A stretch of DNA of 64,000 nt, from NCBI GenBank assembly GCA_020637495.1, contig JACJVV010000002.1, positions 64,089 to 128,088 of the forward strand. The letters run 5' to 3'. Made by a program: the position numbers and the translations under genes. This document shows, in pieces, positions 32,263 to 41,944 of this stretch. The DNA is from Candidatus Woesearchaeota archaeon (GTDB lineage Archaea > Nanobdellota > Nanobdellia > Woesearchaeales > JACJVV01). The notes under the pieces were generated by a model, which was given only the letters and a program-made list of their open reading frames with translations, was not told where the DNA came from and did not search any database. Position 1 is the first letter of the stretch. Each line of letters opens with the position of its first letter.

Positions 32263-33009
32263 ATGGAACCAAGATTGCTTGAGGGCATCGGACTGACTGA
32301 AGCAGAAACAAGGGTATATCTGGCATTGGCAGAGCTAGGCTCAACAAAGACTGGTCCTCTATCGACAAGAAGCAAGGTTTCCTATTCAAAGATCTATAAG
32401 ATTCTATATCGATTAGAGCAGAAAGGACTTGTCGGACATATTGTCAAAGGGAAAGTAAAGTTCTTCAAGGCAATGGAACCTTCAAGGATTCTAGATTATG
32501 TCGATGAGAAATCAAGAACATTAGAACAACAAAGGGCAGAGATAGAGAAAGCGCTTCCAGAACTTGAAAGCATAATACCTTCTGATGATACCCCTGAATC
32601 AATAACTTATTATGGCTTCAAGGCAATTAAGAACCTATTGTTAAGCATGATCGAGGAATTGAAAGGTGGTGGAGAGTATTATGTTTTAGGTGCAATGTAT
32701 GGAGAGGTCATAGGTGTGAGGCCATTCTACAAGGACTTCCATAGCAGAAGGACTGAAAAGAGGATCAAAGTAAAGATGCTTGCAAATCCTAACGTAAGGG
32801 GGAGCATTGAACCTGAGACACTTAAGGATGCAAGCATAAGATATATGCCAACTGACCTAATAACCAATATGAACACTTACTTCTATAATGATATTGCCAT
32901 CATAATTCTTTGGATCAAGGAACCTATAGCATTTTATATGAAGAGCAGGGATGCAGTGAGGAGTTTTCGAACTTACTTTGACACCTTCTGGAAGATCTCA
33001 AAGGTATGA
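32263..33009 (+). CDS. TrmB-family transcriptional regulator (second copy)
   Basis: MEPRLLEGIGLTEAETRVYLALAELGSTKTGPLSTRSKVSYSKIYKILYRLEQKGLV. The track ORF begins upstream at 32035, but the start should be at the conserved Met. Confidence 0.55.
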   Translation: MEPRLLEGIGLTEAETRVYLALAELGSTKTGPLSTRSKVSYSKIYKILYRLEQKGLVGHIVKGKVKFFKAMEPSRILDYVDEKSRTLEQQRAEIEKALPELESIIPSDDTPESITYYGFKAIKNLLLSMIEELKGGGEYYVLGAMYGEVIGVRPFYKDFHSRRTEKRIKVKMLANPNVRGSIEPETLKDASIRYMPTDLITNMNTYFYNDIAIIILWIKEPIAFYMKSRDAVRSFRTYFDTFWKISKV

Positions 33010-33328
33010 TATCTAAAGGGACATCTATCTTTATTTAGCCATCACAAGATTTAAATACTGGATAATACTATCTTGATGGCAATGGCTGGACATTTGATAA
33101 AAAAGCCATATGAGGAAAAAAGACAAAACTGTCGACTGATTCTAACGATTCACTTGAACTAGCTATATGACGACAGATCCTATTTCTATGAGGTCACGAT
33201 GAGCGAACTGAAGAAGAAGATATCATCTATTGAATGGGACATAGAGCATATGGAAGATAAAGGCATGAGGGCTCGTAAGATAGAGCTTCTCAAGACTCTA
33301 AAAGAACAGCTCAGACTGGAGGAGCAAG

Positions 33329-33529
33329 ATGGGAAGAATTAAGACTTTGCAGATAAAGAGGGCAACACACAATATCCTTAAGAAGCATGATGACAAGTTC
33401 TCTGATAATTTTGAGCAGAACAAGCAGACATTGCTTTCAATGTATAATATCCAATCTAAAAAGATAAGGAATGTTATTGCAGGATATATCACAAGGATAG
33501 TAAGAAAGGGAAAAAATCTTGATTTATGA
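33329..33529 (+). CDS. rps17e: Ribosomal protein S17e
   Basis: MGRIKTLQIKRA...SKKIRNVIAGYITR matches the eS17 consensus MGRVRTKTVKKA...SKKLRNKIAGYVT. Confidence 0.8.
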   Translation: MGRIKTLQIKRATHNILKKHDDKFSDNFEQNKQTLLSMYNIQSKKIRNVIAGYITRIVRKGKNLDL

Positions 33530-33688
33530 AATATAGGGCTGTTTCAGTCGCATAATTAATAAGTTTAGGAGGGGCAAAATGTCAGACTACGAAGACGATG
33601 ATTTCGACTACGATCATGATGAAGATGAGGATTAGGTAGAAAACTAATTTTTTCTTTTAATTATTATTCTTATTTCTTAGAAAGTAAA

Positions 33689-33726
33689 GTGTGAGAGAGG
33701 GGATTCTTTGTGAATGTAATGAACAA
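33689..33726 (-). repeat. Degenerate duplicate of the tRNA-Leu 3' end plus trailer (about 38 bp)
   Basis: gtgtgagagaggggattc is identical to 33803-33820. The flanking ttatttct..gaaa..a is also shared. Confidence 0.45.
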
Positions 33727-33803
33727 AGTTCAGAACGAAGCAAAGCATAGTGACAGAACGTTCGAATTCCTGACTCCATTTTTATTTCTGCAAGAAATAA
33801 GAG

Positions 33804-33937
33804 TGTGAGAGAGGGGATTCGAACCCCCGAACCCACTAAGAGACAGGATATCTTCCAAAGGAAGACTGCCCTTTGCATAAAGGGTATCTCATCGTGACTT
33901 AAGTCCTGCGCATTTGACCAGGCTTTGCTACTCTCAC
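33804..33937 (-). tRNA. tRNA-Leu (anticodon TAA) with a 48-nt intron at the canonical 37/38 position
   Basis: Acceptor stem GTGAGAG/CTCTCAC, D-arm GCAAAGCCTGGTCAAATGC, anticodon stem CAGGA/TCCTG with loop CTTAAG plus intron, long variable arm, T-arm GGGGGTTCGAATCCCCT and discriminator A. Confidence 0.6.
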
Positions 33938-34019
33938 ATTAATAGCATAGAATTCTCAAAGTTCTTTTATAACTTTTTGCATATAAAAGCATTTAAGTCA
34001 ATTATCCTCAGAGCATGGC

Positions 34020-34670
34020 ATGAGGAAGCTTGCAGCAATAGTAGTTGCTTCATACATTGTTGGTACAGCATGCGCTAGTCAGGAGCAGGCAGATGCACTG
34101 CATAATGAGAGATCAGTGCATATAGTCCAGACGAACAGGATTGATGTGCCATATCCATTATATGAGTATATTGCTTTGAGGCCAAAGCTTTCAACAGAGC
34201 TGGCAAAAGAGTTCAGCGATTCTAAGTATGAGATACATGATTATACGAACGATACTTTCAATATGACTTCTAAGGCTGATCTGGAAGCTACATTAGAGAT
34301 ATTATCAAAGACAGATAACATGGAAGACTGTTCGATAAGGTATTATCTTAATGGTTCTGTACGCCCAATGCTTTTCAGGATAAATTTTGAGCTTGATCTT
34401 AATATCAGTTCAACCAATGCTTATCCTGGAGCAGAATATCGCGTAGAAATATACACCCTTCCAAAAAAAAGATGGCTCACTTGGTTGATGAAGATGTTTG
34501 ATGGGCACATAGCTTCAAGCCTTGAGGAGATAACAGATTCAGTGAATAAGATAGCATATGCGATGACTAACGATTCTTCAAATACTCTAGAGAGATTGGA
34601 TGCAATGTTCAAAGAAGAAAGGATAGAGACTAATGATTATTATTTCCTCAAAGGACTTATAACTTACTGA
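34020..34670 (+). CDS. Hypothetical secreted protein (signal peptide MRKLAAIVVASYIVGTACA)
   Basis: N-terminal signal-like sequence. Contains an A8 homopolymer at about 34463. Confidence 0.35.
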   Translation: MRKLAAIVVASYIVGTACASQEQADALHNERSVHIVQTNRIDVPYPLYEYIALRPKLSTELAKEFSDSKYEIHDYTNDTFNMTSKADLEATLEILSKTDNMEDCSIRYYLNGSVRPMLFRINFELDLNISSTNAYPGAEYRVEIYTLPKKRWLTWLMKMFDGHIASSLEEITDSVNKIAYAMTNDSSNTLERLDAMFKEERIETNDYYFLKGLITY

Positions 34671-35503
34671 AGTTCTAAATCCATAGCAAGATCTTTTAGC
34701 ATCTTAAAGCTAGTATCTGCAGTACTGAGGACATGCCTTACAAAGCTGGTATAATCTGCTTCCATCAAATATCCAGCTATTGCTCCTTGTTTCTCATACA
34801 TCAGGTTAGAAAGCTCCTGATCGAATGGATCAATTGTTGAGAATGGTGCCCCAACAACCCATCGGAATGTATCCTTAGCTGAGACAATATCTACTCCTTT
34901 AGTATAATCAGTTGGATCAACTAACATGCCATATAGGCAAAGTATTGTTTCAGAATAACCGACATTCAGATTCCTTTTTCCGTTCCCAGTTCTGCTTGGG
35001 AATCTTGGAAGAACATTGACCCTTAATTTCATATCAGCAAGATCCATCCCATGCTTGACTTTCTTTGTAGGACATTTCAGTTCACTGTAATTGCCAGTTC
35101 TCACTTCATCAGTGATGATATGTCTCAATTCTTTTCCTAATGCTCTATACTGTTCCACAACCCCTTTTGCACAATTTAATGTTTTAGTATTGTATTCTCT
35201 TGCTAGTTCTTCAAGGTAGATTACTCTCATGCACATTCCGTCGAATGCATCCAGCTCATCCTGCAATTCATCTGGTTGCATGCCTTCAAGGCAGCATCTT
35301 TCAAGGTTATGAGCAACGCCCTCAAGCCTTATGCTTTGTAGTTCTCTGGTCTTTACAAAGTCCTCAACATCATCAAAATCGCAATCAGAACATCCATTAG
35401 CCATTTGTACAAGCCTTTCCACAGCAGCATATTCCCTCTGCAAAGTCTCCTGGAACTGGCTCAATATTACGCTTGTTGGATCAATCTGTCTATTTCCATT
35501 CAT
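34664..35503 (-). CDS. Hypothetical protein
   Basis: 279-aa intact ORF. Confidence 0.3.
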   Translation of the reverse strand: MNGNRQIDPTSVILSQFQETLQREYAAVERLVQMANGCSDCDFDDVEDFVKTRELQSIRLEGVAHNLERCCLEGMQPDELQDELDAFDGMCMRVIYLEELAREYNTKTLNCAKGVVEQYRALGKELRHIITDEVRTGNYSELKCPTKKVKHGMDLADMKLRVNVLPRFPSRTGNGKRNLNVGYSETILCLYGMLVDPTDYTKGVDIVSAKDTFRWVVGAPFSTIDPFDQELSNLMYEKQGAIAGYLMEADYTSFVRHVLSTADTSFKMLKDLAMDLELQ

Positions 35504-35670
35504 TTTACTATCACTATATTGTAACCGAGACGTAGCTCTTTATCCCTTTATATATATTACTGATAGTATATTTGGGACGATGGATTTTGAACCATCATTC
35601 CTCTTAACTTCCATAACTTATTTATATTAGTTATATATTACGTATAATTAATTAGACATAAGGTGATACT

Positions 35671-35868
35671 ATGATAATTGAAGCAAAACTCAAGCAATGG
35701 GGAAATTCATTTGGTATAGTCATACCTAAAGAAATCATTAAAGAGAATCAATTTGATACAGGGGATACTATAAAGGTAGAGATTATGAGACGACGCATGG
35801 ATGGATTTGGAATGTTTCCAGAGTTAGGGAAATTTGAGGAAGAAGACTTAGTACACGAGGAGTTATAA
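35671..35868 (+). CDS. vapB: AbrB/MazE-type antitoxin (VapB-like)
   Basis: Its stop overlaps the start of the PIN gene (ATAATG). The segment LKQWGNSFGIVIPKEI is a swapped-hairpin. Confidence 0.5.
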   Translation: MIIEAKLKQWGNSFGIVIPKEIIKENQFDTGDTIKVEIMRRRMDGFGMFPELGKFEEEDLVHEEL

Positions 35869-36254
35869 TGTTTATAGTAGATTCTCATGCATGGATCTCG
35901 TATTTTAAGGGAGATGTCTCTGCAGAAATTTTAGGAGATTTAATTAACAATCGTAAAAGGTTGATAACTATTGAATGTTGCTTGTCTGAAATAAAATGCA
36001 TTGCATTAAGAGATTGGTCTGATTTCAAGAGAATGAAAGCAATAATTGCTGCTAATTCAACTATTCTTCCAGTTTTGCAGGAAAATTGGCTTGGAGCAGC
36101 ACAGATAAGACATGACATACGTAAGACGGTGCAAAGATTTGGTCTAATTGATGCAATCCTTGTTTCTCGACAAAAAGATTTGAAATGCAAGATACTTACA
36201 GGCAATCCTCATTTTAAGAAAATGAAGAATGTTTTATATATAGGACCAAAATGA
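35868..36254 (+). CDS. vapC: PIN-domain ribonuclease toxin (VapC)
   Basis: N-terminal FIVDSHAWI acidic residue, plus conserved D/E positions in the core of PIN. Confidence 0.55.
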   Translation: MFIVDSHAWISYFKGDVSAEILGDLINNRKRLITIECCLSEIKCIALRDWSDFKRMKAIIAANSTILPVLQENWLGAAQIRHDIRKTVQRFGLIDAILVSRQKDLKCKILTGNPHFKKMKNVLYIGPK

Positions 36255-37963
36255 CTTCTGATATGGAAAATTCAATATTGAAATACGCTTTGGAGAATGC
36301 TGTAAAGTTCAAGGGAAAGGCAAATCCAGGAGCAGTAGTAGGAAAGATACTTGGAGAATTTCCTGATGCAAAGAATGATATGAAAGCCACTTCTCAGTTG
36401 ATTAACAATATCATAAAAGAAGTCAATGGCATGTCTTTAGAAGACCAAGAAAAGAAGCTTCTTGAGATTGATCCTGATTATTTTGAGAACCAGAAAGAGC
36501 AGAAACAGCAAAGACAGGAGCAAAGGAAAGAACTCCCAGAGCTGAAGAATGCAGAAGAAGGGAAAGTTGTCACAAGGATTGCGCCTGAGCCATCAAAATA
36601 TAATCATATCGGACACGCGATGTCATTCCTCTTGAATTATATGTATTCAATCAAGTACAAAGGCAGATGCATACTAAGATTTGATGACACGAATCCAGAG
36701 ATGTCAAAACAGGAATATGTGGATGCAATGCAATCTGATGTATTGGAATATCTTGACATTAAGACAGCAAAAGTAGTTTTTGCATCAGATCATATGGATG
36801 ATTTCATCGTAAAGGCTGAACAATTGATCGATGAAGGAAAAGCATATACCTCTGATCAGCCTTCAGAGGAGATATCAAAATATAGACGAGATATGAAGGA
36901 TCACCCTAACAGGGATAAGGAAATCTCCATAGTCAAGAAAGAGTGGGGAGAGATGAAGAAAGCCAATCCAGATTATCTAGCATATTCTTTAAGGCTCAAG
37001 ATCAGCATGCAGCATAAGAATGCAGTGATGCGTGATCCTGTGATATTCAGGATAATAACAGACGAGCATTATCGTCATGGGGACAAGTATAAGGTATGGC
37101 CTATGTATGATTTTGAATGTGCAGTCATGGAAGGCATCCTTGGTGTAACTCATGTATTGAGAAGCAATGAGTTTGACAGCAGGATAGAACTGCAGGATCA
37201 CATACGCTCTTTGTTCAATCTTACAAATCCTACTATAAGGCAATATGCAAGGACAAATGTGAAGGATGCAACAACAAAAGGAAGAGAGATACGTGAGCTG
37301 ATCAAGACAGGGGAATACATAGGATGGGATGACCCAAGACTGATAACTTTGAGGGCATTGAAAAGACGAGGCATTGTCAAGGAAGCATACTATGAGCTTG
37401 CAAAAGTCATCGGGATGTCAAAGACGACATCAGAGCTTGATTTCAGAGTCATTGCAGCCATAAACAGGCAGCTTCTCGACGAGAGTGCACAACGTTTCTT
37501 TGCAATAGTTGACCCAATGGAAATAACTATAGAAGGTGCTCCAGAACAAGAATTAGCATTGAAATATCATCAGCACAAGGAAGATCGCGGAAGGAAGTTC
37601 AAGACCAATGATAAGTTCTTGGTAGAGAAAGAGGATCTTGAGAAGATAAAGGATGGCGAATTGATAAGGCTGATGGATTGCCTGAATTTCAAGAAATCAG
37701 GGGATAAATTCATCTTCACATCAACGGACTTGGAAGAGTATAAGAAAGATGGGAAAGCAATAATTCATTGGCTGCCTGCAGATGATTGTATAGACATTGA
37801 GATCCTTATGCCAGATTGCAAGACAAAGAAAGCAAAAGCGGAAACAAGTATCTCACAACTCAAAGAAGGAGCAGTCATCCAGTTCGAAAGATATGCATTC
37901 TGCAGACTGGATTCAATTGACAAGGATAAAGGCATGTACAAATTCTGGTACAGTCATGATTAA
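36251..37963 (+). CDS. gltX: Glutamyl-tRNA synthetase (archaeal/eukaryal type)
   Basis: HIGH-type motif PSKYNHIGHAMS with a class I Rossmann fold. Its start overlaps the vapC stop (ATGA). Confidence 0.8.
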   Translation: MTSDMENSILKYALENAVKFKGKANPGAVVGKILGEFPDAKNDMKATSQLINNIIKEVNGMSLEDQEKKLLEIDPDYFENQKEQKQQRQEQRKELPELKNAEEGKVVTRIAPEPSKYNHIGHAMSFLLNYMYSIKYKGRCILRFDDTNPEMSKQEYVDAMQSDVLEYLDIKTAKVVFASDHMDDFIVKAEQLIDEGKAYTSDQPSEEISKYRRDMKDHPNRDKEISIVKKEWGEMKKANPDYLAYSLRLKISMQHKNAVMRDPVIFRIITDEHYRHGDKYKVWPMYDFECAVMEGILGVTHVLRSNEFDSRIELQDHIRSLFNLTNPTIRQYARTNVKDATTKGREIRELIKTGEYIGWDDPRLITLRALKRRGIVKEAYYELAKVIGMSKTTSELDFRVIAAINRQLLDESAQRFFAIVDPMEITIEGAPEQELALKYHQHKEDRGRKFKTNDKFLVEKEDLEKIKDGELIRLMDCLNFKKSGDKFIFTSTDLEEYKKDGKAIIHWLPADDCIDIEILMPDCKTKKAKAETSISQLKEGAVIQFERYAFCRLDSIDKDKGMYKFWYSHD

Positions 37964-38024
37964 GATCTATATTTATATTCAATATCATGCAAATCTTTAA
38001 AACCACTAAAGCAATCTGTTTATC

Positions 38025-38699
38025 ATGGCAACATTATATGATCAATTAGTATTCTTTGAGAATTTCAACAATACTCAATGGTTCAAGGTTACAGAACATA
38101 TCAAAGAGATAGACAAAGCTCTTGCAGAACTGGAGATAAGGTCTCCTATGGTGAGGCGTATCGGATCTTTGCATGCACCTGGATTGTTTGATTATCACGA
38201 GATTGATGCAGCAAAATACCAGGATGAGCTCATAGAATCATGGTCAAGGAGTAATTTCATATTGAGCGAGATTATAAACAAACGCATCAACGGCATAGAT
38301 GAAGGTCTTGAGTATAGGATAAATATCCTGGCTCATGACAATAAAGGTAAAGATAGATTCCTTCCAAGAGGCAGAGATGCAGATCTCAATCATGAGATTG
38401 CTGAGATGGAAAAGCTTGTTGGTGACATGAGTTATCTTAAGCATAATGGGATCTGGTATCCTGATAATCCTCTGACTGCCTTTGTAGAGTTTGCAATCGG
38501 AGCATATGCTGTATGTTCATTGCCAGGTTTTATATTTCCTGCTCTTGCATCAAAGCTTGGTATCTCAGGTGGATCAGCTGCAATTACATCAAGCTTATTT
38601 GGTATAAGACCTTCAAATTCAGAGCTTCCTCTGGACAAGGCAAGATATATTGATGAGAAAGTGTTCAAATATTCTGATAATCTAGAACCAGGAAATTAA
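38025..38699 (+). CDS. Hypothetical protein
   Basis: 224-aa ORF. Confidence 0.3.
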   Translation: MATLYDQLVFFENFNNTQWFKVTEHIKEIDKALAELEIRSPMVRRIGSLHAPGLFDYHEIDAAKYQDELIESWSRSNFILSEIINKRINGIDEGLEYRINILAHDNKGKDRFLPRGRDADLNHEIAEMEKLVGDMSYLKHNGIWYPDNPLTAFVEFAIGAYAVCSLPGFIFPALASKLGISGGSAAITSSLFGIRPSNSELPLDKARYIDEKVFKYSDNLEPGN

Positions 38700-39940
38700 T
38701 TCCAATCAATCAACTCTTCTTCCTTCCTCTTAAACATCCCAAACTTTTTCTTACCTTTGTATTTCTGCCAATGGTTCCTGTTCCTCTCAAATATATCAAA
38801 TAATACAGAAGTGTTCAATCCATTATTTGTCTCTTTCTGCTTCTTTGCAACAAGTTCAAGGATGTTAGAACGATCCTCGACAATAATATCAAATTTCTTT
38901 ATCTCAATTCCAGCAGCTTTAGCTATCTTAGCTCGAAGACGACTAGGAATCTTAGTTTTAATTGTTCGACCGGCTTTAGCATCATAAGCATAGATCTGGT
39001 TGAAGCTTACTTGGTCTCCTGCCATAACCTCAATCTCAGTTATCTCAGAGATTATTCTCTTCTCCCTGCCATTCTGATTGATCTTTTCCAAGACAATAAT
39101 CAGATCCAAGTCACGAACCATGTTAACAGGGACACTCAATGGTTCATTCGTAACTCTTGTTAATGTCTCCCTTGCATTCCTTGCATGCAATGTCCCCATG
39201 CATCCGTTGTGTCCAGTGTTCATTGCATTGAACAATGTTCTAGCTTCCACTCCACGAACTTCACCCACGATTATCCTATCAGGTCTCATACGCAATGCGT
39301 TCTGCAGCAATGAATCCATGCTTGCATTCTTTCCAGAGAACATAGGGACTTTATTGTTCTGTAATATTCGTAATTCAGCCGTATCCTCGATTGTTATGAC
39401 TCTCTCTGTCTGTGGTATCAAGACGCTCAATGCATTGAGGAACGTTGTCTTTCCTGATGCTGTCCCTCCTACTACTAAGATGTTAGTCGAGAGATGCCCT
39501 AATCCTTCAACAACGCTCCATAGGAAAGCTCCTGTATAGCAATCGACTACTCCTTCATTTATCATGTCGACTATTGTTATGACTTTCCTTGAAAATTTCC
39601 TTATCGTGAAAGTTATTGTCGGTGTTGCAGGAGGAATTGTGACATTTATCCTGCTTCCATCAAACAGCACGCCATCCATAGTGGGGCTTTTCTCACCCAA
39701 GAATTTTTTGTTGGTTGTTGCGACATCAAGAGCAAACTTCTGTGCTTGGCTGTCATTCAGGTAGACATTTGTGCTTATCATATGCATCCTGTTGTGGATG
39801 ATCTTGATAGGCACTTTAGGGCCATTATACATTATTTCCTCTATATCCTCATCTTTCATGAGCTCATCCAGAGGATTTCCATGATCAAAATCTATCTGTA
39901 CTTTGTATACATATGTTCCGTTCTCTTCTATTATTCCCAT
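38696..39940 (-). CDS. Type IV pilus/secretion ATPase (TadA/CpaF/FlaI family)
   Basis: Walker A VGGTASGKTTFLNAL, Asp box and His box. Confidence 0.7.
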   Translation of the reverse strand: MGIIEENGTYVYKVQIDFDHGNPLDELMKDEDIEEIMYNGPKVPIKIIHNRMHMISTNVYLNDSQAQKFALDVATTNKKFLGEKSPTMDGVLFDGSRINVTIPPATPTITFTIRKFSRKVITIVDMINEGVVDCYTGAFLWSVVEGLGHLSTNILVVGGTASGKTTFLNALSVLIPQTERVITIEDTAELRILQNNKVPMFSGKNASMDSLLQNALRMRPDRIIVGEVRGVEARTLFNAMNTGHNGCMGTLHARNARETLTRVTNEPLSVPVNMVRDLDLIIVLEKINQNGREKRIISEITEIEVMAGDQVSFNQIYAYDAKAGRTIKTKIPSRLRAKIAKAAGIEIKKFDIIVEDRSNILELVAKKQKETNNGLNTSVLFDIFERNRNHWQKYKGKKKFGMFKRKEEELIDWN

Positions 39941-39943
39941 TTT

Positions 39944-40615
39944 CTAAAACAACCCATACAGCAAAGGCCCTAATGATAATATGTATAGTGCATAAAGCAC
40001 TGCACTGAATGGAAGCACTATCATGCTTCCTTTTAGGTCCTTGAATATAATATAATTAAGCATTGTAAATACTAGCATCATGAAACCGAGATATATCTGC
40101 ATTGTCAAGTCTACCTGAACAAGCCATTCCTCTGTAGACAGTATCCCTGCTAGAAAATAGAATATTGCCGGCATCACTGCTATTCCCATCACCTGAAGTG
40201 TTGTTATTGCAGCACTCGCTTTCTCGTCTATCCTTTTCTGTAGATGATTTACTTCCCATAATTTATTTGACAATCTGTTTAAAGAGACTATGATGTTTCC
40301 TTTAGAAGATACAGTGAGGCTAATGACATCTGCGATGTACATGAGAACTTTATCATTTTTTGCAGCATCCTTCAATGCCATGTCTATTGTCATTCCTGAA
40401 TTCATAAGTTCCAAGACTTTAGTAAAATAGTTGCAATCCACTTTTGTCATCGCTGTCTCAAGACTATCGCCGCTCATCATGCTTTGAGCGATCTGTTTCA
40501 TTGAATCGATTACCTTCTCCTGCTGTCTCGCTCTAGAACCAGAGACGCTCATGTGATAGATGATTATGGCTAATGTTGCAGCAAGCAATGGATATAGAAT
40601 AAGTTCAATCTTCAT
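39944..40615 (-). CDS. TadC/FlaJ-like pilus platform membrane protein
   Basis: Polytopic T2SSF-like protein immediately downstream of the ATPase. Confidence 0.4.
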   Translation of the reverse strand: MKIELILYPLLAATLAIIIYHMSVSGSRARQQEKVIDSMKQIAQSMMSGDSLETAMTKVDCNYFTKVLELMNSGMTIDMALKDAAKNDKVLMYIADVISLTVSSKGNIIVSLNRLSNKLWEVNHLQKRIDEKASAAITTLQVMGIAVMPAIFYFLAGILSTEEWLVQVDLTMQIYLGFMMLVFTMLNYIIFKDLKGSMIVLPFSAVLYALYILSLGPLLYGLF

Positions 40616-41147
40616 TGTACCTGCTCCTTAAGAGTATTATAATCAATAGGACTACAGTTACGCCATACAAAAGATAATCTAGTTCAGGTCTTGGGATGAA
40701 AATCATCTCTTCAAGACTGTTCTGCAGCAGTATTACGAAGAATATGAATATCGGGATAGCGCTTATAGTCATGCTTTTCTGCAGTTTTGATGTTAGGTTA
40801 TCGACTAATGTCTCTGCACTCAGGTTCTTCTGTTTCATCACCTGATCGCTCAGATCATTTAGCATAGGTCTGATATCAGAATTCTGGTCAGAATTGAATA
40901 TCGATATGAATCTTTTCATGCTGCTATGTCTCTCTCTATTTTGCTGTAGAAGCAATGCATCTTGATAGCTTGATCCTTTATTTATCGATCTTAGGCTCTT
41001 GTTCGCAAAGCTGCTTATCTTGCCAAAACTCTTGCCTGCAAGATTTGAGAGTATGTTCTCCCTGCTGTATCCAGAATCCAGAAGTATCACAGAATATTCA
41101 ATTGCAAATAAGATATTTGTATTGAGGTTATGCGATATCAGAGCCAT
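40605..41147 (-). CDS. TadB/FlaJ-like pilus platform membrane protein
   Basis: Overlaps the previous gene. T2SSF-like cytoplasmic domain plus TM helices. Confidence 0.35.
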   Translation of the reverse strand: MALISHNLNTNILFAIEYSVILLDSGYSRENILSNLAGKSFGKISSFANKSLRSINKGSSYQDALLLQQNRERHSSMKRFISIFNSDQNSDIRPMLNDLSDQVMKQKNLSAETLVDNLTSKLQKSMTISAIPIFIFFVILLQNSLEEMIFIPRPELDYLLYGVTVVLLIIILLRSRYNED

Positions 41148-41245
41148 ACTTATATATTCAAATTAGGGATTTATATATTTAATCCAAAATTTATACTAAG
41201 AAGTGACTATTCTCTATTGCCTAGAAATAAAACTATTTAGTTCTA

Positions 41246-41872
41246 TTACTGAGTTCCATCCCTGAAGAAAGTCTGTATGATCAAACTTGCCACAGCATCA
41301 GCTGTATATTCACCAGTCACAACTGTAAAATCAGTAACTTTTCGATAGATCTCATGTCTTTTGGATAGTATCTCCAAAGCCTGTTGATACTTTCCTTGAG
41401 GATTATCCAGGAAACCATCTATAAGATTTGGCCTGTTCTTTGCTGAAGTCTCATCCGCAATCACTCTTTCTGATAATATCCTGGCACTCCTGTCAATGTC
41501 CAGGTAAGGTATCATGTAGATAGATCTACCCATATTTCTTATATTCTTGATATTCTGGAACCTATAATATGTCCCTTGATCATGAGCTACTGCTCCGCCT
41601 CCTGTCGCCAATACAAAATTCTTATTCTTGTATTCACCATGGAGATGCCTATCCATGAGCTGTTTTATTACATATGACTCAACACGTCTGAATATTACCC
41701 ATCCTTCCCAATCGACAAGATCTGCTATATCTTTGTATATGGTCTCACTTGTTAAGTAGTTGTTTATCATTGTATCTGCATCAAAGAAATCAATCCCTAG
41801 CCTATCAGCTATTATCCTTCCTGTTCTTGTCTTTCCGCTTCCTTGAGGACCAGTCAATATCAGATTTTGCAT
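41246..41872 (-). CDS. Shikimate kinase-like P-loop kinase (AroK type) with C-terminal extension
   Basis: LTGPQGSGKTRTGRIIADRLGIDFFDAD and ATGGGAV. Adjacent to aroA. Confidence 0.5.
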   Translation of the reverse strand: MQNLILTGPQGSGKTRTGRIIADRLGIDFFDADTMINNYLTSETIYKDIADLVDWEGWVIFRRVESYVIKQLMDRHLHGEYKNKNFVLATGGGAVAHDQGTYYRFQNIKNIRNMGRSIYMIPYLDIDRSARILSERVIADETSAKNRPNLIDGFLDNPQGKYQQALEILSKRHEIYRKVTDFTVVTGEYTADAVASLIIQTFFRDGTQ

Positions 41873-41944
41873 ATCTCTTGTGATTCAACCTTCATTTTTA
41901 AAGGTTGTTGATTTTACTCACTTATAAAAGACAACAGAATCAAA

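Noticed and set aside
33579-33635. Tiny acidic ORF MSDYEDDDFDYDHDEDED after rps17e, and a 47-aa ORF (33199..33342) overlapping the rps17e start
   Set aside because: Too short, with no conservation evidence available in the window. They may be noise, although small proteins cannot be excluded.
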